From contig SCUO01000047.1 in assembly GCA_004297395.1 (NCBI GenBank), forward strand, positions 56,575 through 120,574: DNA of 64,000 nucleotides, read 5' to 3'. The notes beneath the pieces are model-generated. The model did no database searches, was not told the origin of the DNA, and saw nothing but the letters and a program-made list of their open reading frames with translations. Shown in pieces: positions 56,915 through 64,000 of the stretch (position 1 is its first letter; every line of letters starts with the position of its first letter). The translations under genes were made by a program, and so were the position numbers. This stretch comes from Chloroflexota bacterium. GTDB taxonomy: Bacteria; Chloroflexota; Limnocylindria; Limnocylindrales; CSP1-4.

Positions 56915-57652
56915 TCAGGCCTCGGGCTCCTCGAGCGCCTCGCCCTGGATGGCCTCGAGGATCCGGCGCTCCTCCAGGCCGGCGGGACGGCCGTCGAGCA
57001 GATCGGGACGTCGCTCGAGGGTTCGGCGGAGGGAGGCCTCGAGCCGCCAGCGCCGGACCGCCTCGTGGTGGCCGCTGACGAGGACATCCGGCACGCCCTG
57101 GCCGCGGAACTCGGCCGGACGGGTGTACTGCGGGTACTCGAGCAGCCCGTCGGCGAACGACTCCTCGGCCGTCGAGGCGGCATCGATGGCGCCCGGCAGG
57201 AGCCTGATCACGGCATCGACGACGACGAGGGCTGGCAGCTCGCCGCCGGTCAGGACGTAGTCGCCGATCGAGAGCTCGACGTCGACCAGCCCGCGGATCC
57301 GGTCATCGACGCCCTCATAGCGGGGGCAGACGAGGATGAGGTGGTCGCGCCGGGCCAGCTCTGCCGCCCGGGCCTGGCGGAAGACCTCGCCGGCCGGATC
57401 GAGGAGGATGGCGGTTGAGCCCGGGCCTCGCAGCGCATCCAGGGCGGCGGCCACCGGCTCGGGCCGCATGACCATCCCCGCTCCCCCGCCGTAGGGCGTG
57501 TCGTCGACGCTCCGATGCCGCCCGAGGCCCCAGTTGCGGAGGTCGTGGACACGGATGTCGGCGATCCCCTGCTCGCGGATCCGGCCCGGGATGCTGGCCG
57601 AGAGCGGTCCTTCGAGCATCGCCGGGAACAGCGTCAGGAGATCGATCCGCAC
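56915..57652 (-). CDS. trmD: tRNA (guanosine(37)-N1)-methyltransferase
   Basis: [36 protein letters not shown]. Confidence 0.97.
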   Translation of the reverse strand: MRIDLLTLFPAMLEGPLSASIPGRIREQGIADIRVHDLRNWGLGRHRSVDDTPYGGGAGMVMRPEPVAAALDALRGPGSTAILLDPAGEVFRQARAAELARRDHLILVCPRYEGVDDRIRGLVDVELSIGDYVLTGGELPALVVVDAVIRLLPGAIDAASTAEESFADGLLEYPQYTRPAEFRGQGVPDVLVSGHHEAVRRWRLEASLRRTLERRPDLLDGRPAGLEERRILEAIQGEALEEPEA

Positions 57653-57653
57653 G

Positions 57654-58328
57654 TCAGCCGTCCTCGGCCGGCCCTGCGGTCGCGTCGCCCCCGGGCGCCG
57701 ACCCGGGACCGCCCTTGCCGTGACGGGACCAGCGCGGGCGCTTCCGCGGCGGCCGGGCAGCGGGCGTGTCGACGGCCGGCGACCCGAGGTCCAGGACAGC
57801 CTCGTCGACGACGATCTCGTGCCGCTCGGGGGCGAAGGTCCGGACGATGCCCTTCACGATCGGCAGGTCGAACTCGCCGACCGAGCCCCCGCGGACGACG
57901 ACAACCTCGGCCGCACCGGCCCGGTAGACGTCGACGACCGTGCCGAGGGCCGTGCCGTCGAGGCCGCGGACCTCGCTGCCGACGACCTCGTGCCAGTACG
58001 CGGCCCCCGGCTCGAGGTCCAGCGTGCGGTCCACGGCCGCCTCCAGCCAGGCGTCGCGAAGCCGCTCCGCCGCCGTCCTGGAGGCGATCTCCCGGAACTG
58101 GAGCCGCCAGCCCGGGCCGTCCTCGACAGGCCCGGAGGCGACGATCGTGAGCGGCGTGACGGAGCCCTCGCGGTGGAGGACCCGGCCCGGTGCGAAGCGA
58201 TCCTCGGGCCGGTCCGTCAGGACCTCGACCCGGACCACGCCCCGAAGGCCGTGGAGGCTCCGGACCCGGCCGACGACCAGTCGCGTGAGCGAAACGGGCC
58301 CGGCTCCCGAATCGGGCGTGGCGTCCAA
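57654..58328 (-). CDS. rimM: Ribosome maturation factor RimM
   Basis: VGRV..HGLRG, YWHEVVG, PRC barrel. Between khpA and trmD. Confidence 0.92.
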   Translation of the reverse strand: MDATPDSGAGPVSLTRLVVGRVRSLHGLRGVVRVEVLTDRPEDRFAPGRVLHREGSVTPLTIVASGPVEDGPGWRLQFREIASRTAAERLRDAWLEAAVDRTLDLEPGAAYWHEVVGSEVRGLDGTALGTVVDVYRAGAAEVVVVRGGSVGEFDLPIVKGIVRTFAPERHEIVVDEAVLDLGSPAVDTPAARPPRKRPRWSRHGKGGPGSAPGGDATAGPAEDG

Positions 58329-58390
58329 GCCGGACTCGGCGCTCGCAGCGGGCCAAGCGCCTGCGGCGTCCGGGTCGGGGGCGGGGTCGC

Positions 58391-58624
58391 TCAGAGGATC
58401 TCGAGCGTCACCGACCCGCCCTCACGGGCGGCGGTGACCTTGAGGAGCGTCCGGAGCGCCTTGGCGACGCTGCCGTTCCGCCCGATGACCTTGCCCATGT
58501 CGTCCTCGGCGACGTGGAGCTCGATGACGGTCCCCTCGGCGTCCTCGACCTCGGTCACGGTGACCGAATCGGGGTCGTCGACGAGCGACCGGGCGACGTA
58601 TTCGACCAGTTCCCTGGCTGCCAT
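58391..58624 (-). CDS. khpA: KH-domain RNA-binding protein
   Basis: LVDDPD and DMGKVIGRNG..ALRTL. 77 aa after rpsP. Confidence 0.93.
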   Translation of the reverse strand: MAARELVEYVARSLVDDPDSVTVTEVEDAEGTVIELHVAEDDMGKVIGRNGSVAKALRTLLKVTAAREGGSVTLEIL

Positions 58625-58635
58625 CTCTGCGGCTC

Positions 58636-58890
58636 CTACTTGGCGGCGGGCAGGACGCCCGACGCCCGCAGGAGGCGGGCGACGGTATCCGAGGGCTGGG
58701 CGCCCTTGGCGATCCAGGCCTTGGCCTTCTCGGCATCAACGACGAACTCGACCGGCTCGGTCCGCGGGTTGTAATGCCCGATCGTCTCGATCGAGCGGCT
58801 GTCGCGGGCGCTCCGCGAGTCGGTGACGACGACGCGGTAGGCCGGCTGCTTCTTGGCGCCGATGCGCGTCAACCGGATACGAACGGCCAT
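58636..58890 (-). CDS. rpsP: 30S ribosomal protein S16
   Basis: [30 protein letters not shown]. Confidence 0.98.
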   Translation of the reverse strand: MAVRIRLTRIGAKKQPAYRVVVTDSRSARDSRSIETIGHYNPRTEPVEFVVDAEKAKAWIAKGAQPSDTVARLLRASGVLPAAK

Positions 58891-58939
58891 GCTGTACGGG
58901 TTCCTCCAGATCAGTCGGGCCTTGGGCCGGCCCGGTGGC

Positions 58940-60754
58940 TCACTTGACGGTGATGACGATCCTCGAGTGGCCGGCCGTTTTCGACGTGATCGAGGTCATG
59001 CCGGCACCGGCCAGGTGATCGAGGTAGGGCTTGAGCTCCGTCGTCCACAGCTCCAGCTCGGTCGACGGCAGGAACCGCTCGGCCAGGGCCAGCGAGGCGT
59101 CGAGGGCGACGAACAGCTGCACGTCGTTCTTCGCGCCCGCGACCTCGATGACCCGATCGTAGGTCCCCGAGGTGGCGAGCGACGTGCCCGCCTCGACATC
59201 GAGGATCCGCTCGACGAGGCCACCGCCCCCGCCGATGATCACCAGGTCGCCGCGGACGGCGAAGGCAAGCTCGACCCGGCCGAGATCGGCGCCCGGCACG
59301 CCCATCGAGCCGAGGAGTGACGAGACGTCACCGAGGTCGACGGTCGTGACGGTCACCCCGCCGTGATCGCTGTCGCGGACGGTGATGTCCGTGCCGGTCG
59401 AGCCGAGGACGAGCAGGTTCCGGATCTGGCCGAGGCGCGCGGCCGCGACCTCGGCGTCGGTGCCGCGGATCAGGATCACCGCGCCGAGGGCATCGTCGGT
59501 GGGCAGCACCGCGATGCCGAGATCCTCCATCCAGCCGGTGAGGTTGGCGGTCCCGCCGAGCATGCCCAGCGCATCCTCGAGGCCGCCGAGCGCTTCGAGC
59601 ATCGAGGGCTCGCTGCGGAGGACACCGAGGGTCTGCTCGATCGAGGCGCCCAGGCCGTGCAGCTCGAGATAGCCGAGCGTATCGGCCGGGAGGGCGCTGG
59701 CGAAGCGGCTCTCCGCGGCCGGCGCGGAGGTCGGCGCATCGGACGGCAGGGTCGACCGGTCTACCGGCTGGTAGGTATCGAAGATGAGGGCGTCGTCGAT
59801 GACCCGGATGCCGCCGATCGTCCAGAACCCCTCGGGAATCCGGGGCATCTCGACGCCGAGCGGACCGCTTGCGTCAACGAGGGCATCGTAGAGGGGGTCC
59901 ATGTCGAGGTAGACCGACGCGACCTGGTCGCCCTCGAGCTTCGAGCGAGCCTCACGGTAGGTCTTGTTGGTGTCGACGCCCTCGGCGTCCAGGCGGGCAT
60001 CGATGGCGTCGCGGATCGAGGCGAGCGCGCCGACGAGGAGGTGCCGCTCGTGGAGCGCGCAGCCGACGTCACCGGCGATCAGCACGATCTCGACCTCGCG
60101 ATGCTCGTCGGCGTCATCGGTCGAGCCGAAGATCGAGGCACAGGTCGCGGACCCGTCGGTCGTGGCGACGAAGAGGAACCCGTCCGCGCCGCCCCCGGCC
60201 ATCATCCCGGTCAGGGCATCCGCGGTCACCGAAACGGCCATCGGCCCGGCCAGCAGGGGCTTGACCCGGGTCGCGTAGTCGATCTGGCCGCCCGTCGACT
60301 CGCTCGTGATCCGTTCGAGGAGCTCGTCGATCTTGGCGTCGAGGGTCGACTGGTCCTCGAAGCCCGGGAAGTGGGCGAGCAGGTTGCCGAGGTGCTGGCG
60401 CTGATCGCCCGGCAGCTCGGGCCGCAGCTCGACGACGACGGCGCTGTCTGCCGGCAGGTACTTGAGGACGTCCGGCAACGGGCTCGCCGCCAGGAACGAC
60501 GCGGCCAGGGCGATGGCCGCGATGGCCGCCACGGCCAGGCCGCCGCCGATGAGCCAGCGGCCGCGGCTGGCGCCGGGGGCAGTCCCCGCCGGCGTTGCCG
60601 CGATCGGCTCCAGAACGGCCGCCGGACCGTCCGCCGCCAGAGTCTCCGGCTCCGGCCCGCCCAGCACGGGATCAGTCGGGGCGGGGACGGTCGAATCGGG
60701 TCCGGACCATGCCTGGGGCGCGCTGCCTTGGGTCTCGTCGGGTCGGGCTTCCAC
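58940..60754 (-). CDS. Membrane-anchored protein with large extracytoplasmic domain (DUF3352-like)
   Basis: One TM followed by two YLPADS / ALPADT-initiated repeats. 604 aa. Confidence 0.7.
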   Translation of the reverse strand: MEARPDETQGSAPQAWSGPDSTVPAPTDPVLGGPEPETLAADGPAAVLEPIAATPAGTAPGASRGRWLIGGGLAVAAIAAIALAASFLAASPLPDVLKYLPADSAVVVELRPELPGDQRQHLGNLLAHFPGFEDQSTLDAKIDELLERITSESTGGQIDYATRVKPLLAGPMAVSVTADALTGMMAGGGADGFLFVATTDGSATCASIFGSTDDADEHREVEIVLIAGDVGCALHERHLLVGALASIRDAIDARLDAEGVDTNKTYREARSKLEGDQVASVYLDMDPLYDALVDASGPLGVEMPRIPEGFWTIGGIRVIDDALIFDTYQPVDRSTLPSDAPTSAPAAESRFASALPADTLGYLELHGLGASIEQTLGVLRSEPSMLEALGGLEDALGMLGGTANLTGWMEDLGIAVLPTDDALGAVILIRGTDAEVAAARLGQIRNLLVLGSTGTDITVRDSDHGGVTVTTVDLGDVSSLLGSMGVPGADLGRVELAFAVRGDLVIIGGGGGLVERILDVEAGTSLATSGTYDRVIEVAGAKNDVQLFVALDASLALAERFLPSTELELWTTELKPYLDHLAGAGMTSITSKTAGHSRIVITVK

Positions 60755-60770
60755 GGTCAGGTCCTCTCCG

Positions 60771-62102
60771 CTACCGGCGTCCCGGGAAGGCGCCGGCGAG
60801 GCCCTTCCCGCGCATGCCCGACAGCTGCTTCATGACGCGCTGCATCTCGCCGAACTGCTTGACCAGGCGGTTGACGTCGGTCAGCTGGGTGCCGGAGCCG
60901 GCGGCGATCCGGCGCCGTCGGGACGCATTGAGGACGTTCGGGTCGCGCCGCTCACGCGGCGTCATCGAGCGGATGATCGCCTCGGTCCGCCGCATCTCGC
61001 CGCGGTCGACGGCGGCCTGGGCCTCCTTGGCCATGCCACCGAGCCCCGGGATCATCGACACCAGGTTGCCGATCGGGCCCATCTTCTGGACCTGCTGGAG
61101 CTGCTCGAGCATGTCCTCGAGGGTGAACTCGGCCTTCCGGAGCTTGGCCTCGAGCTTGGCCGCCTGGTCTACGTCGACGACCTCCTGGGCCCGCTCGACC
61201 AGGGTCATGACGTCGCCCATGCCGAGGATCCGGCCGGCCAGCCGGTCGGGATGGAAGACCTCCAGGGCATCGCTCTTCTCGCCCGTGCCGAGGAACTTCA
61301 CCGGGATGCCGCTGACGGATGCGATCGAGAGCGCGGCGCCGCCGCGGGCATCGCCATCGATCTTGGTCAGCACGAGTCCGGTGACGGGCACCGCGGCCGC
61401 GAACGCCTGGGCCACGCCCACGGCCTCCTGGCCGGTCATGGCATCGACGACGAGGAGCGTCTCGATCGGCTGGACGGCGGCGTTGACCGCGCCGATCTCG
61501 GCCATCAGGGCCTCGTCGATCGAGAGCCGGCCGGCGGTATCGAGGATGACGGTGTCGCGGACGAGTCGCCGGGCGGCCTCGACGCCGCCCCGGGCGATGT
61601 CGACGACGGGGGTGCCGGCCGGGGCCCGGTGGACCGGGATGTCGAGGGCCCGCCCGAGGGTCTCGAGCTGGTCGGCCGCCGCAGGCCGGTATGGATCAGC
61701 GGCCACGAGGAGCGGGCGGCGGCCCCCCTTCACGATGTGGCGGGCCAGCTTCGCGGCCGAGGTCGTCTTGCCCGAGCCCTGGAGGCCGACCAGGCTGATC
61801 ACCGCCGGGTTGCCGTGGAGGTGGAACGTCCGGTCACCGACCCCGAGCAGGGCGACGAGCTCGTCGTGGACGATCTTCACGACCTGCTGGCCGGCGGTCA
61901 GGCTGCCGAGGATCTCCGCTCCAACCGCCCGCTCGCGGACGCGGGCCACGAACTCCTTGACGACCTTGAAGTTGACGTCGGCCTCGAGGAGGGACAGTCG
62001 GATCTCGCGCAGCGCGGTATCGACGTCCGCCTCGCTGATCCGGCCCCGGCCGGTGAGCGTGGCGAGCGTCCGGCGCAACCGGTCGCTGAGGGCGTCGAAC
62101 AC
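60771..62102 (-). CDS. ffh: Signal recognition particle protein Ffh
   Basis: GLQGSGKTT, DTAGR, TKIDGDARGG, RILGMGD, M domain SRRRRIAAGSG. Confidence 0.98.
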   Translation of the reverse strand: MFDALSDRLRRTLATLTGRGRISEADVDTALREIRLSLLEADVNFKVVKEFVARVRERAVGAEILGSLTAGQQVVKIVHDELVALLGVGDRTFHLHGNPAVISLVGLQGSGKTTSAAKLARHIVKGGRRPLLVAADPYRPAAADQLETLGRALDIPVHRAPAGTPVVDIARGGVEAARRLVRDTVILDTAGRLSIDEALMAEIGAVNAAVQPIETLLVVDAMTGQEAVGVAQAFAAAVPVTGLVLTKIDGDARGGAALSIASVSGIPVKFLGTGEKSDALEVFHPDRLAGRILGMGDVMTLVERAQEVVDVDQAAKLEAKLRKAEFTLEDMLEQLQQVQKMGPIGNLVSMIPGLGGMAKEAQAAVDRGEMRRTEAIIRSMTPRERRDPNVLNASRRRRIAAGSGTQLTDVNRLVKQFGEMQRVMKQLSGMRGKGLAGAFPGRR

Positions 62103-62278
62103 GACTCGAGAAGGCCTCCTGCTGGCTGGAGCCCGGCGCGCCGCGGTGAGCGGGCCGGGTGGTGCGCGGGTTCTGGCGACACCGGGTGGCGCGAGTGTAG
62201 CGCATCGATCGGGCGCGACCGGGGGCGAGGTCCGGGCCAAGGGCTGGGCGAGGCGAGGCCCGGTGCCGGGCGCGCGCC

Positions 62279-63214
62279 TCAGGCGCCCGGCGGCGCGAGG
62301 ATCTCGAATGCCAGCTCTGCCGTGGCCTCGCCGTCCCTGATGATGAGCGCGTAGGTTCCCGGGCCCGGCGCCGGGACCTCGAAGCGGGATTCGAGGCCGG
62401 GCGCGCTGGCCCCTGCGGCGATGACCATGACGGACTGGCTGTGCCCATCCCTGCGGGGCTCGACGAGCGTCCCGTCGGGCAGCCGGAGGGAGACGTTCGC
62501 GGCAGTGAACGGGAAGCCACCGCTGAAGTCGGCCGTGTATCGCGCGTCGTAGGTGAGGGTCATGGCCAGGATCCCGGCGGCGAGCTGCTGTCGCCAGTCC
62601 GGGAGGTCGGCCCGCAGCTCCACGCGCTGGAGGGCGATCGCCAGGCTGCCAGCCTGGCCGGTCACGCCGAGGTCGACGTAGCGAGGCGCCAGGGTCACCG
62701 CGGCCTTGGCGGCGCCGACGAGCGGGACGATCGCCTGGTGCTCCTCGGCCCGGCCCACCCGGATCGCGGCCGCGGCGACGTCGAAGGCGGCGTCGACGTC
62801 GAAGACCAGGGTCACGGTCTCATGGGTGTGGCCCGGCACCAGGGGCAGGACGCTGTCACGGGTCGGCTCGACCGCCACGTCCCCGGCGACGAGCGCGATC
62901 GGCCCGTCCATCGACGCCTCGTCGTCGCCGGGATTGCCGAGGAGCAGGGTGACGGCCACCGGCCCGCCCTTGGCGTCGATCGACGCCGTGGCCGTCTGGA
63001 AGGTGAGGACGAAGCCGCCGTACCAGATCGTCCGGTCGAGGCGGTAGTCCGTCACGATCGGCGTGGGCTCTGGAGCGACCGACGCGGTCGCATCGGGGAC
63101 CGGCGTCGGCGCGTCGGTGAGGCAGCCGCCGAGGACCAGCGGGAGAACGGGTCCGAGGACGAGCGCGATCGCCGTGGCGAGGCGTCGCGGCCGGCGACGA
63201 CGCGCTTCCCTCAC
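62279..63214 (-). CDS. Putative lipoprotein, beta-rich, unknown function
   Basis: Arg-rich N-terminus, hydrophobic stretch, lipobox LGGC. GTGA overlap with the ftsY stop. Confidence 0.7.
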   Translation of the reverse strand: MREARRRRPRRLATAIALVLGPVLPLVLGGCLTDAPTPVPDATASVAPEPTPIVTDYRLDRTIWYGGFVLTFQTATASIDAKGGPVAVTLLLGNPGDDEASMDGPIALVAGDVAVEPTRDSVLPLVPGHTHETVTLVFDVDAAFDVAAAAIRVGRAEEHQAIVPLVGAAKAAVTLAPRYVDLGVTGQAGSLAIALQRVELRADLPDWRQQLAAGILAMTLTYDARYTADFSGGFPFTAANVSLRLPDGTLVEPRRDGHSQSVMVIAAGASAPGLESRFEVPAPGPGTYALIIRDGEATAELAFEILAPPGA

Positions 63215-64000
63215 CCGCGAGCCGTACCGAACAGCGCGGCCACGAAGGCCGTGGGATCGAACGGCAGCAGGTCGTCGATGCCCTCGCCCACCCCGACGAA
63301 CCGGACCGGGACCCGGAGCTGGTCCTCGATCGCGAAAACGATGCCGCCCCGGGCGGTCGAATCGAGCTTCGTCAGGACGATCCCCGTCAGGCCGACGGCG
63401 GCGTGGAAGGCGACCGCCTGGGCCAGCCCGTTCTGGCCGGTCGTGGCATCGAGGACGAAGAGCGTTTCCGGGCTGGCGCCGGGCAGCCGGCGATCGATGA
63501 CCCGGCGGACCTTGGCCAGCTCGTCCATGAGGTTCGACTTCGTGTGGAGACGGCCGGCGGTGTCGGCGATGACGACGTCCGCGCCCCGGGCGATGGCGGC
63601 ATCGAGCGCGTCGTAGACCACGGCCCCGGGATCCGCACCCGGCGCATGGGCGACCACCTCGACCCGGGAACGCTCCGCCCAGATCCGGAGCTGATCGATG
63701 GCGGCGGCCCGGAAGGTGTCGGCCGCGGCCAGCAGGACGCGCCGGCCGGCCCTTGATTCGCGGTGGGCCAGCTTGCCGATCGTCGTCGTTTTGCCCGTCC
63801 CGTTGACCCCGACGACGAGGATGACAGTCGGGTGGCCAGCGACCGCGGGACGCAAGTCCCAGTCAGGATCGCGCGGCGCGAGCAGGGCGGCCAGCTCGGC
63901 CCGGACCGCGCCCTCGGCGGATGGCGCGTCGCGCCGGCTGCGGGCGCGTTCCACGATCCGGCCGGCGAGCGAGGCCCCGACGTCGCCGCCGATGAGGACC
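63211..64000 (-). CDS. ftsY: SRP receptor FtsY (5' end outside the window)
   Basis: GVNGTGKTTT, DTFRAAA, DTAGRL, TKLDSTARGG. Frame stays open to the window edge (VLIGGDVG). Confidence 0.97.
   Translation of the reverse strand, partial: VLIGGDVGASLAGRIVERARSRRDAPSAEGAVRAELAALLAPRDPDWDLRPAVAGHPTVILVVGVNGTGKTTTIGKLAHRESRAGRRVLLAAADTFRAAAIDQLRIWAERSRVEVVAHAPGADPGAVVYDALDAAIARGADVVIADTAGRLHTKSNLMDELAKVRRVIDRRLPGASPETLFVLDATTGQNGLAQAVAFHAAVGLTGIVLTKLDSTARGGIVFAIEDQLRVPVRFVGVGEGIDDLLPFDPTAFVAALFGTARG

Overview
Very GC-rich bacterial chromosomal segment (roughly 70% or more by eye, not computed). I found no rRNA, tRNA, CRISPR array or mobile element. Gene content and order suggest a monoderm, probably Chloroflexota (Limnocylindria/Ellin6529-like); this is an inference. 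About 1-23 kb is accessory: methyltransferase, PPK2, an ECF sigma/anti-sigma pair, ArsR-SRPBCC-VOC operon, F420 oxidoreductase, TPR-adenylate cyclase, BNR-propeller plus MoaD/ThiS pair, amidase, FAD oxidase, an MtrAB-like two-component system with a GerMN lipoprotein, GNAT and SMI1/KNR4. About 23-64 kb is a long minus-strand housekeeping array: ftsY, ffh, rpsP-khpA-rimM-trmD-rplS, rnhB, yraN, rpsB-tsf-pyrH-frr-uppS-cdsA-dxr-rseP-ispG, nusA-ylxR-infB-rbfA-nrnA-truB-ribF, rpsO-pnp, asd-udg-rnj-ftsK-rodZ-cinA-murC-like-SnoaL-yajQ-sORF-ThDP enzyme. The standout is an 860-aa PNPase with a complete, apparently active DnaQ-like DEDDh 3'-5' exonuclease domain inserted after its first RNase PH core. 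Other leads are a 6S-RNA-like long hairpin between pnp and asd, a likely internal translation start in the anti-sigma gene, an unannotated 33-aa membrane peptide, and a recurrent leaderless-promoter signature. Start codons were re-picked by eye from RBS or -10 context and are approximate.
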